A program made the translations under genes and the position numbers. Shown here piece after piece: positions 13,812-25,264 of a DNA stretch of 64,000 nt (its first letter is position 1; every line of letters begins with the position of its first letter). The DNA lies in NCBI GenBank assembly GCA_964187785.1, contig OZ076410.1:26722001-26786000 (forward strand). Direction: 5' to 3'. Below the pieces are notes generated by a model. It was not told the DNA's origin. It ran no database searches and saw only the letters and a program-made list of their open reading frames with translations. The stretch comes from Amphiscolops sp. MND2022. Its lineage: Eukaryota.

Positions 13812-14300
13812 CTAGATCTCTAATTTCAAATGATAACAGTCTGTCACGGTATGGTTATTGTAATTAGCGGTCGTTTGAAAGTTTGAATGATTGTTTATTT
13901 TGCTGCAGCGCGTACCAGTCGGAGTGCGTCGCGTATCATGCATGACTGCCGTATTGGAGTGATCTGATTGGTTGAAAATCCGGCCGACGCGGTAATTTGC
14001 CGTTGCAAGCTGCGCGATGGCGTTAATCACGAATTCTTCTTCGTAATTTGCTTCCTGTTCCGCTGTTTCGGTGGGATTTCTACAAATAAAGTCCGTGAAT
14101 TTGATTTCTTTCCCCGCGGTGTATTTTAATGTGATGTCGAAATTATTGAGTCTGTCAAGCCACCGGGTTAATCGGGCACTATATTGTTTATTTGCTTCAT
14201 TCTTTTTCAAAAGCGGTTCCAGAGCTTGGTGGTCGGAGAATAGTTGAACTTGTTTTCCGTACAAGTGAAATCTGCACCGCTCTAATCCCCATACTATTTG
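13812..14300 (-). pseudogene. C-terminal RNase H remnant of element B
   Basis: WGLERCRFHLYGKQVQLFSDHQAL...RLTRW...ADF-like end of RNase H; the N-terminal TDAS part is absent. Confidence 0.8.
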
Positions 14301-15784
14301 GTTGGTGGGTTCAGTTTGTTTATGGCTATCGTCTTCTCTTTGTTCGGTCTTATTTCGTCCTGGGCAATAGTGTGTCCCAAACAGACTGTCTCTTTTAAGT
14401 AGAATTTTGACTTTTTCTTGCTCGCCTTGTAGCCTTCGTTTTCGAGTTTTGTGAGTACTGATTCTAGTTTTTGGGTGTGTTCCTCTTTTTTGCCTCGTGT
14501 GACCACTATGATGTCATCTAGCCATACGGGTGATTCGTGTCCGAGCGTGCGGTCTATCTTCTCTTGAAATATTGAAGGAATGTCTGCTGGGCCGTAAAAT
14601 TTTTTTCGGAAACGGTAATATCCACTGATTTTTTCTCCTGTGATTGCAAAATTGCAGTGTTTGCTTGTTTCGGGCGCTAGTTTCATTTGGCCGTATGCAT
14701 AGTCCAAGTCTATTACGGATATCCAAATTGGGTCGGTATCGTTTTTTGATAGTTCCGCGGAAATTTGGTTGAGTAGTTCATCCATGTTCGGCATATGTGG
14801 TCTTTTCTTTATGCAGCTGTTGTTCAGTTTTCTGTCGTCTAATGCGATTTTGACGGATTTGTCCTTCTTTACCGTAATTACTACGGGTGATACAAAGCAA
14901 TCTTCTTCGATTGTTTCTAGTCTTTCTAGATGTCCAGATTCTATTAATCGGTTCAGCTCGTTTTTTACGTCTTCTTGCAGATGGTAGGGTATCGGTCGTG
15001 CTTTTTGTTGTATTGGGTAACATCCCGGTTTTATCTGTATTTTGACTTCGGCGTCTTTTATTGTATGGTTGGTGTTGAAGAGTTTGTGGTACTTTTTGTA
15101 TATGCTTTCTGATTGGCTGGTTTCGTTGTCCATGGAGACTTTATTTATTGTTATTGGCAGTTGTTCCAGCCAATTTACTCCCAGTAGTGGTGTGATATCA
15201 TTTCTTTTGGTAATCAGCATCGGTAATTTGGTTGATGTCCCGTTATATTCCGCGGTCACCCATGTTTTTCCCATGAAATTGATTTCATTTCTAGTTACGT
15301 CCTGATATCTTTCTTTCATTGGTTTGATTTCTTTTGTGTTGTGTATCTTCTGGTCGTATGGCATGATGGTGACCGGGGATCCGGTGTCGATGATAAATTT
15401 TTGCTTTTTCCCGTTTATTATCATTTCGACAACGTAGTGGTCGTTGTTGTCGGGAAGTATTTTGTTTATTTGTGTTATTTGGCGGATTTCTTCGGGTTCG
15501 CTTTCTTCTTCTTCTTCTGAGCTTGTTTCTTCCAGATAGTTGATTCTTCTTTGGTCGTTTTTTTTTCTAATTACTGCGGCATACTCGTGCGAAGTGGCCC
15601 ATTTTCTGGCAATTGTTGCATTTCGCGTTTTTTGCCGGACATGTGTGTTGTGGGTTCCAATTTTGTTGTCCACAGAATCCGCAGTTGTTTTTCTTTTGTA
15701 TTGTTCTGCCACCGTATTTATCGGTTTTGAATTTTGGTTGTATTCTTTGGATTGGTTCTTCTTAAATTTCTTCATATTTTGCAA
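14294..15784 (-). pseudogene. Gag C-terminus, aspartic protease and RT of element B
   Basis: 496-aa ORF containing IIDTGSP, SPVV, IDLDYAYGQ and WLDDII. Confidence 0.92.
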
Positions 15785-16400
15785 GTGCGGCTGGTATGGT
15801 AGATTGTTTGTGACGGCGGTCGTAGCTGTTTTGTGTGATAAGTTCTACGGTGGTTTTCAGATTTAGGGTCTTTTCGCGGATAAAATTCTCCCGAAGTTTT
15901 TTATCGGTTATGATTGTGTTGAATTTCGATATTAATAGGTCTTCCTGTTTAATATCTTTGAATTCGCAGTTCTTTTCGAGTGTTATCAGCTTTTTCCAGT
16001 GTTCTTCTGGTGTCTCGTTTTCTTCTTGTTTGGCCCAGAAGAAATCTCCTCGGCTGTGGTATGTATTTCTTTTCGGCATGTAGTACTCTTTGAATAGTTG
16101 TATTAGTTTATCGGTTGTAATTGTGTCTGGGTCCGTGTTGAATTCGCCTTTTGTGATAATTTCAATTGCTGACGGTCCGGCGCCCCAGATAAAATCTTGT
16201 CTGATTTCTGGTTCTTTTATATTCCAGGGGTCTCCGGTTGGTACCGTGTCATCCGTTGATATCGGTTTAATGTCGATATTGTAGATTCTTTTTATGTAGT
16301 ACCGGAGTCTTTCGGTCCATTCTTTGGGTATGTATAGTTTTTTGCCGTCTAGTCCGGTGTCTTCTAGATATGGTAGTTGTATTTTGGTTGCCACGGCCAT
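15762..16400 (-). pseudogene. Gag N-terminal part of element B
   Basis: 212-aa ORF starting 86 nt inside the 5' LTR boundary, with gag-like RGDFFWAKQEENET; frameshifted relative to the downstream ORF. Confidence 0.8.
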
Positions 16401-16467
16401 TTTGGTATAGTTGTATGTTGATAGGGTAAAAAGGGGTAAAAGAGGTAGACAAATTTGGTAAAAATAA

Positions 16468-16486
16468 AATCTTGCTTACTGCGCCA
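16468..16486 (-). promoter_or_regulatory. Primer-binding site of element B (tRNA-Ser-like)
   Basis: TGGCGCAGTAAGCAAGATT abuts the 5' LTR; from memory it resembles the complement of tRNA-Ser 3' ends (not verified). Confidence 0.8.
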
Positions 16487-16703
16487 TGTTAAGATCGCTA
16501 AATCTAGGTTTAAAACAGGTTAGGTACAGTAATATCTCTTCAGCTGTTTCTGGATCTATCTCAAGTACATTATGGCAAGAGTATCGTATCTTCTACATCG
16601 TATCGTATAAACATAAATAGAGCAGTAGTTAATTCAGTTGTTTATGAGTTTGTTTGACAACAACATTGTTGCTCTTTTCGGGTTGTGACCTTCGTATGTC
16701 ATA
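16487..16703 (-). repeat. 5' LTR of element B
   Basis: Copy of 11252-11468; the terminal CA is mutated to TA on the plus strand. Confidence 0.95.
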
Positions 16704-16708
16704 GGGGC

Positions 16709-17500
16709 TGTAAGTATTAGCTTCGTGTGGATTGTTAAATATTAATGGCATCTTTCCAATGTCAACAGTGTTCTATAGTTTTGGGAAGAGGTGTTTTTAA
16801 AGACAGAGGATCGTTCACGAGAACGTGAATATCGATTGTTTGGATTTCGATGAGAACGACATCCACGAGAAGGACGGTTATAATTATTTCGATTGAAGTG
16901 AGAATGAGGAGAAATTGAGCCTGAAGAATAACGAGAATTTCGGGAGGAGTTCAAACAATGATTAGTTTCCCTTCGACTAATAATATTGAGCTCAATAGCG
17001 ACGGGAAGGAAAAGTTGTGTGATGAATTTCGATGAGAATTTTGAAATGTTGGTTTAAACGTTGGATTGAGTTTTGTTATCTTTTAAAATTGATAAATAGA
17101 CTCAGAGTGATTGCTTTTTGACAGAATGTACAATAATTGTTAAATGGAGTTTCAGATTTGTTGTTAAGGTCCATTACGTTTTTGAGAAGGAGTTCAAGAG
17201 TCAGCTGTTCGTTTGTGAAGTATCCGATAGTTTCGGAGCGTTCTCTAATAAAAATTCGAAGTGTTGATTTCGAAAGAAGTTTCTTTGGTTTTGATTTTTT
17301 TCTGAATTAATGCTTTCAGAAACAAGCATGTTCACAAGAGATTGGAAGGGGATGGAAGTATCAAGAGAATCAGAAACATGTTTTACTTGTCTTTTATTGG
17401 AGAAATCGTTTAGTCCATGGGGAGATACGAGTGAAAATTCGAGGGTTGGTCTCTCAGTTTTCGGTTTACGGTTCTTGTTTGGCAGGAATTTCATCTTTTA
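16709..17500 (-). pseudogene. Probable gag portion of old Gypsy element A (upstream of the B insertion)
   Basis: N/R/S-rich low-complexity ORF 16742-16954 typical of gag C-termini; same strand and composition as 6900-11251, and contiguous with it once B and one TSD are removed. Confidence 0.45.
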
Positions 17501-17786
17501 ATGCAAAATGACAAAAAAATTCGTTGTCTATTTGACTGAAAAGAGATATCTTCAAGTTGAGCCGAATATGCATGTTTGTGGGTGTTGAATTGTTTTTTTA
17601 TCAAAAAACTAGGTAAAAGGAAGACCAATGATTTTTCTATACTTCACAAAACTGTAAAAAAAGCTGGGATCCAAGTAAAAAAAATTGTGCAATGAGGTGA
17701 CCGATAATTTTTTCGGAGATTACATGTGATCCAAGAAGTGAAAACGTTTGGAAGCATCTGCGAGAGCAGCAATTAGAACCGAAGGG

Positions 17787-18826
17787 TGTCATGCCTGATG
17801 CATGAAAATACAAACGATGATGTGGATAACTATCCTACATACTAAAGATGAAAAGTAAACCGACAAACAACGAACGAACATTAACGACGAAAAAGAATGT
17901 GGTGTACTAAACCACATCACAAAACTTAAACTTGAATTTGCCAAACGCATCATTGTTATTCAATCCCTAAATGACTTTGCTCTATTCACCCATATTTCAT
18001 ACATTTGCTACATATACATTGTAAACCAAATTCGCGACATTTTAGTTGGCTGTGAAAGTAATGTGGATGATGTACCATCATTAGATTTTCGCTTCAATAT
18101 TATTAGTCTTGTGATCAATATATACTGTGACCATTCACTCAATTGATGCTAGTAGTGTAACCACATTATGATATCAAGTATTGAGTCATGTAACCATAGC
18201 AACGCAATTCAACGCAAATGCATTTTGTTTCGGTGCTACGACAAAATTGCGCAATTACTAACCAAGGTGTGAACGAACGAAGCGATGTGATTGGTTGATG
18301 TGGTCACATGACCAACGTCGCCATAAATGTTACCAAGCGAAATAGTACCAGCAGTAGATTTTGTGATAGCTTGATATTCAGTTGTTAACTACGTATCTTT
18401 CAGTTTGAAATAATTTCATTACTTCAATACTTAAACCTGTCTTCTCAACTATTCAATAAAACTTCAAAACTCCTACACTTTCCTTTATGGTTAAAACTAG
18501 ATCTAAAACAGCTAGAAACACACCCTCGAATATGAACGGATCAGACAGGTACAGTGATGTTGAAAGCGAAAGCAGCATTCCAGAAGTTCTCACGAGAGAA
18601 CAAATGAACGAATTCGGCAATGGAAACTTATTGGACTATGGAAATGAGACAGAACGACAATCAGTAAATCAGCGGTTCACTGAAATGAACAAGCATATTA
18701 GCGAGTTAACGAATCTTGTTCTCACATTAACTGAAAAAATATCCTCTAACGAGAAGACATCCTCTAGCAATAGAGAAGGGAACGTTCTAAACACTACTTC
18801 AGCTGAAAACAGTACACGTTCCGACA
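17787..18826 (+). mobile_element. Solo LTR (1040 bp)
   Basis: TGTCATG...CCGACA flanked by identical 5-bp AAGGG (17782-17786 and 18827-18831); AATAAA at about 18456; contains an ORF from 18487. Confidence 0.85.
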
Positions 18827-18849
18827 AAGGGGTCATTTGTTGTCCTTGA
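18487..18849 (+). CDS. LTR-encoded N-terminal Gag-like extension (MVKTRSK...), truncated at the LTR end
   Basis: Open for 113 codons up to the LTR end at 18826; the last few codons come from flanking DNA. Position and basic N-terminus parallel the LTR ORF of element D. Confidence 0.55.
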   Translation: MVKTRSKTARNTPSNMNGSDRYSDVESESSIPEVLTREQMNEFGNGNLLDYGNETERQSVNQRFTEMNKHISELTNLVLTLTEKISSNEKTSSSNREGNVLNTTSAENSTRSDKGVICCP

Positions 18850-21300
18850 AAAAGTGGTTATTGACTAAGGATAGACTTTGAAAACATGATTATGAGGTAT
18901 TGGAGGCAATGGAGATTGAGAAAATGGTCGTTGAAAGAATAGAAATAGTATTTCAAGGGATGCATAACAGTCATAAAGAGTTTGATGATGGTATTGTGTT
19001 TGAGATGATGATTGTGAATCAAAAATGATTGAAGAAAAAAGAGAAGTGTTCAAGGTAGAAAAAGATGAACAATGACGTTGAGTAATATGAGGTGGGTATG
19101 TGTCTAAAGGAAGAAAAGAGCTATTGATTGAAAGAGAAGAATGGAAAACGTATTATGATTGGTATAGTAAGAGGAATGAGGAGAAGTTGACGAGTATTAC
19201 AAATTAACTGAGTTTAGAGAAGATGGATGAGTGGTGACAAGGGGAGGCGGATGATATGAAATAGGACGAGAATTGCCAGTACTGTGTGCGAGAACTTGAA
19301 CATTTGAGTAAAGCAATATTTGCAGGAATAGTTGGAAAAGAAAATCAGAGTTTGTTTCAATGGTGAATGAGTGAATTGTTTGTGTTTAATATGGTCGAAC
19401 AGGGTCACAAAGAGCAATACATCTATCAACAGACTTTATAGAGTCAAAAACTTTTGAAGTCAAAGTGGTCTAGTGGAAAATCGAATAAATTATCAACTAC
19501 AGAGTATTTTTTCGTCTTCTGATATAAGGAGAATGTGTACTTGGTTTTGTACTTCTGATAGAAATTTAGGAACGCACCTTGGTTCCCTCTATCGCATATT
19601 AGTTGATAACTATGTCGGAGCAGTTTTCTAAGGAGGAGAGAGTAGATATTCAATTGATCTTTATTTTCGCAGTGCAGAGTATGTTTAAACAAGCCGGGAA
19701 CGGCACAAGTGGGCGCCATATCTAAGGCTCGAAAGCAGCAAAAGGACTTCAAAGAGTCAGATATTCTTTTACAGTACCCGAAAAGCTCGAAATTTGGATC
19801 AAATTGGCGCTAACAGGGCATTACGATACATATGCCGAAACATCTTGCAATTTCGATCACAGCCAATAAAAACGCGTTCTTATTTCAGATACGCGTTACG
19901 AGTTTTGCCCGTTACACAGTGTGATTTGGCGTATTGATCAAAATACAGTAAATGACTACTTTACATTCGCTACAATTAAGTAATTTGACTGGTTTCCACT
20001 TCACACACGATTGGAAGCATCGTTTGGACTTATTTTTACTCACGGTGTTTACCAAAATTTTCTCAATCAAATTCAAGATGCTAATACGACGTAAGCAAAT
20101 CCAGGTATTCTTAAGACGGATTTCAGATTGAAATTTTTTTACTGGTTTCCACTTTTCTCTAGTTACGCTCAATGATCACAATCGGCAATTTCTGATTACA
20201 CTGTGAATCACAATCAGCGTTGAACACAATGCACTGGTTGACTAGAATACGGTTCATTCTCGTTTTACGGAAAATACACTTTACACTTGATGATAAACTC
20301 GTTTTTTCCACTTTTGTGGCATATGTATTGTAATGGGGGGACCCTTTCGGGTTTTTCAACATCCATTGTTGCAAAACATCACAACGTTGAATCGGGGACG
20401 CGTCAGGGAAAAAAAATTCGATGAAAAAGACTCACAATGCCAAAGCAAAACCGAAGCGCTGACTAAAATTTGAAATTGGAAGTGGTGAACTTGTAGTAAA
20501 TCGGTTTGTAACCAATAAGGCGGTTGTTTTCGATAGTTTCCGATATGAGAAATGTCCAAAAAAAAGTTTCATTCCAAGAGAGTGCTTGAAATTAGGAAGG
20601 ACTGAAAACAAGTTGTGATAAGAGGTTATTCCTTTCGACTAGCTGGAGAAAAAAGCGAGAAAATCTATAGAAGTGGGGAGCTAAAGATTTTCAGGACAAT
20701 TTTTAAGAAGGTTGATTGGTGTTTGAGTGTCTTGTAAAAGTAGAGAAAAAGGAAGTTCATCTGGAGTTTCAGTTAAGGATTGAGTGTCTATATAGTTATG
20801 ATGGTTACCGTTATGATGGTTACGAATTGAGGGGCTGAAATTGAAAACATAAACAATATAGTTAGGGTTTTCAAAAGATTCAGAGAGTACGTTCTTGTGA
20901 GACACGTTGAGTAGAGTCAAAAGCAAAGGGGAGATGTATGAAAACAGTGGAAGTGGTAGACATTATGGAATGTGGAGGTTGGTGATATGTAATGGTGTCG
21001 TGGTGATAAAATAGAGATATAGAAGATCAATGATAACACTAGGGTGGAGTGATGGCACTCTATGTGGGGAATGGCTAAATTTTCATAATATCCGACATAG
21101 TTTGAGATGAAGAAAAGATAGGTGTAGTGGTAATTAAGGAGAACAAAACTGGGAGGGCAAGTAGCCTTCAAAGTTTAGTCTCGTTCCAAGACACATTACA
21201 CGCCATTTACTGTCTAGATATGAGCAAAAAAGTTTCTGCGTTTTGTCCCGGTGCCAGTGGAAAGAATACTCTCAAGATCTAGTTGTAGTTGAGGTGCGAA
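18832..21300 (-). mobile_element. Degenerate non-LTR retrotransposon (LINE) ORF2 remnant
   Basis: Eroded RT motifs in order on the minus strand: RSI..LLSP..RKLL (about 19620-19660), NQGAF (about 19570), DF.K.FDS (19441-19464), PLSPL (about 19230); possible endonuclease remnants at 20700-21170. Boundaries approximate. Confidence 0.5.
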
Positions 21301-21549
21301 GGGAGTGTCTATGTTTTTTGTTTATTCAGCAAACAATTTTAAATATTTACCACCTTGCAGTAAACACCCTGTATAATTTGATGCTATGTGTTTTTCAGTA
21401 ATTGTGGATTTAGACCTGTTCTGATGATAGAAAAATCTGATTCGGAAAAATGAATCCACTCGTGGTGGTTCTACGTAGCAGTGGATCGACATGGACAAAA
21501 TCTTGAAAACCAGTAAATTACAACGTCGCAAAGTTCTAATAGGCCAAAA

Positions 21550-22450
21550 CCCAGGTTTTCGATCTTTGCGAATCTGTGCAGATCTGCAGGATTTTTGCAG
21601 ATCTTTGCAGATATGTGCAGATCTGCAGAATTGTTGCAGATCTTTGCAGATATGTGCAGATTCGAAAAAAAACTGACGTACTCAGAAATACAATAAAAAC
21701 CCCACAGAGATGTCAAACGAATATTAAAAGTGTTTAAAACTGGAGAGAAGTCTCATTTATGGCAAAATGATGAAACATTTTTCTGCAGCAATCTGTACAG
21801 ATCTGCAGAGTTTTGCAGATCTTTACAGATCTTTACAGAGCCAAACAATTACTATAACGTATTCCAAGTTAACAGCAATTACTAAAAATACTCCAACAAA
21901 TTATGTTGCGGAAATATTACAAAAACAACTTTTCATCAACATATCGACCAACCCAGATGGTTGCCACATGTCAAATTTCATCGGCCAAAACGAAGTCAAT
22001 ATGACAAACGAGCCTCTTAAAGTTCAACAATCACTTCTGGAAAGTTCGAGTGAAATGGATAAATTACCGTGTTTTACCAAAACTGCATTTTCTCCCGTCA
22101 CAAAAGTTTTCGTGATGGGGACAAATTTTCCTTCTCAAGACTTTTGAGTGATGGAGAGTTTCAACTGACTGACCCTAGGTCAGCTAAAATACTAAAATAA
22201 AAAAAATGAAGTAGTTGAAGAAGTCCAAAAATCAGTATATTGGTTCCTTAGAAGCTGCAGAAAAACATATTTCTGCAGAAATCTTTAAAAAAATCTGCAC
22301 ACTTCTGTAAAGATCTTGCAGATCTGCACACTTCTGTAAAGATCTTGCAGATCTGTATGGATCTTCAAGATTCAGTGCAACGATCTTTGCAGAACCCTGC
22401 AGAAAAAATCCTGCAGATCTTCACAGATTCGCAAAGATTGAAAACCTGGG
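21550..22450. mobile_element. Non-autonomous TIR element (MITE-like, 901 bp)
   Basis: 41-bp TIRs CCCAGGTTTTC(G/A)ATCTTTGCGAATCTGTG(C/A)AGATCTGCAGG with 2 mismatches; subterminal GCAGATCT repeats; AAA on both flanks (possible 2-3 bp TSD). Confidence 0.85.
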
Positions 22451-22922
22451 AAACGATGACCCACGGAAGGCTCAAAAATTATGAAACGTTGCCAACTAGT
22501 TCAAACTTTGTAAACTTTCGAGCATGTGAGTATTGGAAGTGAACTGAATTGGGGATCCGCTGGTATCAGAAAACATTTTCTTTACAAAATTGAAGGAGTC
22601 TCTTGTTATGGAAAGCCTGAGAAATCGTTAATTTCGTTGTGAACATTCTGTGGCTTTGCTCGAAACATTGATATTATTGTGAAGCTGCAGAAAAGAAAAC
22701 ATATTGAAATCTGAAGAAAAGCAATGATTGAAAACTTACTACATAGCAAACATTTTCTACTTGCTTCATCGTTATTTGTCTAGCTGTTATTTCAATGTCA
22801 CTGTTCACGGGCGACATGACCGCATGGACAATTATGCAAAATAAAATAGAACCAAAAGTTGCTTCTTTTAACCGCTCCCCGTACTGACAACCCATGGTAA
22901 CCCACCACTGGCCATCGGTGGA

Positions 22923-23082
22923 CCACCGGTGGCCACCGGTGAGGGAAAATTAGATTACATGGAAGCTTTCCCACCGGTGGCCACCGGTGAGGGAAAATTA
23001 GATTACATGGAAGCTTTCCCACCGGTGGCCACCGGTGAGGGAAAATTAGATTACATGGAAGCTTTCCCACCGGTGGCCACCG
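22923..23082. repeat. 48-bp tandem repeat, 3.3 copies
   Basis: Unit CCACCGGTGGCCACCGGTGAGGGAAAATTAGATTACATGGAAGCTTTC, identical copies. Confidence 0.97.
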
Positions 23083-23186
23083 ATGGACCACCGATGGACC
23101 ATCGGTGGAAATTTCGAAAATTTCGGAAATGAAAATTTCGTTAAAAATTTCTAGCAACTACAAAATTTCTAGTATTCACTACACGG

Positions 23187-23331
23187 AATACCTTTAGACG
23201 CATCAAAACCAAACAGAATGGGAAAATTTTCAGGAACGGTTCTGAAGCTTCTGTAAACCTTCTGTAAATACCTTTAGACGCATCAAAACCAAACAGAATG
23301 GGAAAATTTTCAGGAACGGTTCTGAAGCTTC
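23187..23331. repeat. 65-bp direct duplication, period 80
   Basis: AATACCTTTAGACGCATC...CTGAAGCTTC at 23187 and 23267. Confidence 0.95.
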
Positions 23332-23604
23332 CATTACAGTGCATAGGCAAGCTATTTTGCTGCTTGTCGTGGAATCCGGGACACGAAAATCCCGCTGCTT
23401 GTCCGTGGAATGCTTGTTTGTGGAATTCGGGACATATGACGTAATTTGCCAATTTTGCACGGTTAAAGGTATGGTCGTGGAATCCGAGATATTGAAAGCA
23501 CAAATTGCGCTTTGAGCAAATTAAGCTTGCCTATGCACTCTAATGTCTGTAAACCCTGTTGGCAGATTCAGATCGTGTCCGAAAAACGTTTTCCACTGGT
23601 TATA

Positions 23605-24330
23605 CAGTGAGTTTTTCTTTAGATCTTATTCCCCCTCTATCCGGTTTCATTTAAGTGATTTTAGATTTTATTCCGGTGTTTTTTCAGTCATTTTAGATCT
23701 TATTCCGGTGATTTTTCAGTGATTTTAGATCTTATTCCGTTGTTTTTTCAGTGATTTCAGATCTTATTCCGATTTCATTTCAGTCATTTTAGATCTTAAT
23801 CCGGTGTTTTTCCAGTCATTTTAGATCTTATTCCGGTGTTTTTTTCAGTAGTTTTAGATCTAAGTCCGGGTTTTTTTTCAGTAATTTTAGATCTTATTCC
23901 AGTGATTTTTCAGTGATTTTAGATCTTATTCCGTTGTTTTTCCAGTGATTTCAGATCTTATTCCGATTTTATTTCAGTCATTTTAGACCTTAATCCGGTG
24001 TTTTTCTAGTGATTTTAGATCTTATTCCAGTTTCATATAAGTGATTTTAGATCTTATTCTGTTGTTTTTTCAGTGATTTTAGACATAAACAAGTGGTTTT
24101 TCAGTGACTTTAGATCTTGTTCCAGTGTTTTTCGGTACTTCTAGACGTATTCTAGTGGGTTTTCCAGTGAGTTTAGATCTCATTTCAGTGTTTTTTCGGT
24201 ACTTTTAGATCTTATTCCAGTGGTTATCCAGTGAGTTAAGATCTTATCCCAGTGGTTTTTTTCGATAATTTTAGATCTAATTCCAGTTGTTCTTTGATAA
24301 TTCTAGATCTTATTCCTGTGGTTTTTTCAG
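23605..24330. repeat. About 32-bp minisatellite array (roughly 22 units)
   Basis: Consensus TTTTAGATCTTATTCCGGTGTTTTTTCAGTGA; a block of variants recurs at a 194-bp period (23694 versus 23888). Confidence 0.95.
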
Positions 24331-24958
24331 AAAAGAGCGCATTTTGTGGTGGCCACCAGTAGACCACCCCTGCCCACCACAAAATGTGTCATTACCACCG
24401 CGGTGACCACCGGTGGGGCTGCGATGGGAAGTGCGGTGGCCACCGGTGGGTTGCCCTGGGTTGTCAGCACGGGTACAAAAATACCTGCTTCAAACACTCA
24501 CAGCCATTTTTGTTCTCAACATATATCCTAGCAGAAATCTGTTTCCTCTTTAGATCCCAATCTTTTCGGCGACCACTGTAAAAACCACCGCCGTAGAAAA
24601 ATATACCATAAAATGTTTCCATACATGGTGCTTATTTCACTTTTTCTTGTCACAACAAGCGCGGTTTTAAAACGTGAGGTCTCGGTAAGTACCTAAGTAC
24701 TCGGCCGCTACATGCAATCAACGGCGCACGACTAAAAGCTTTTCCCACAGTTTCAACCAAGTTTTCATTTCCTTCTTCGGTTAGACAATCATTAATTTTG
24801 TTTTATTCTTAGTCGGTCGAACATTTTCGCATTCTCAAAAGTGCATTATTTTTTTCAATACTATTTCTTTCTCCTACCGAAAAAGTATCGATTATTTTTT
24901 TTCATTCGTGACAACTACAATTTCCCAAACCGCACTCACAGACATCAGAGCTTAGAAC

Positions 24959-25264
24959 ATGTCTCCAGCGATACATGACGTACAAGGTGTAACGAATGCA
25001 ACCTCCTCCACCTTCGCGTGGGACCCCGAACAGGTGGGACAAACGGGGGGAATGGGCGGAATGTCTATGGCCGTCGTGCTCTCGGTTGCCACGTTCGTGA
25101 TGGCATTCGTCTGGGTGTTGGTGCACAAGGTGAACAAGGGCCAATGCAGCCAGGGCACCAATGATTCAGAAACCATGGGAGCAGACAACTCCTCAAGACA
25201 TTCTTGCCTGGGTGCGGACTCCTCGGGTGCAACTGTTTCTCGAGGTGCCGAAACTGAACTTTGA
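24959..25264 (+). CDS. Candidate 101-aa single-pass membrane protein or exon of unknown origin
   Basis: Uninterrupted ATG ORF, GC-richer than its AT-rich flanks; hydrophobic stretch MAVVLSVATFVMAFVWVLV followed by HK; no transposon motifs recognised. Confidence 0.35.
   Translation: MSPAIHDVQGVTNATSSTFAWDPEQVGQTGGMGGMSMAVVLSVATFVMAFVWVLVHKVNKGQCSQGTNDSETMGADNSSRHSCLGADSSGATVSRGAETEL

Larger units (their letters stand above)
11252..16703 (-). mobile_element. Structurally complete Ty3/Gypsy element B (frameshifted, RNase H largely deleted)
   Basis: Two 217-bp LTRs differing at about 8 positions; 5-bp TSD GGGGC (11247-11251 and 16704-16708); PBS and PPT abut the LTRs; gag-PR-RT-(RH)-INT order. 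Confidence 0.95.
22878..24473. mobile_element. Non-autonomous TIR element (about 1.6 kb) filled with tandem repeats
   Basis: Imperfect 39-bp TIRs, CCCGTACTGACAACCCATGGTAACCCACC... versus the reverse complement of ...GGTGGGTTGCCCTGGGTTGTCAGCACGGG; subterminal CCACCGGTGG motifs at both ends; TSD unclear (TC versus TA). Confidence 0.75.

Noticed and set aside
19690-19752. APTCAVPGL read as the LINE KAPGPDG motif
   Set aside because: These codons come from the repeat-like motif shared with 3511-3540.
22923-23082. CRISPR-like array (palindromic 20-bp repeat with 28-bp spacers)
   Set aside because: The spacers are identical and the context is a eukaryotic TIR element with no cas genes; it is a simple tandem repeat.
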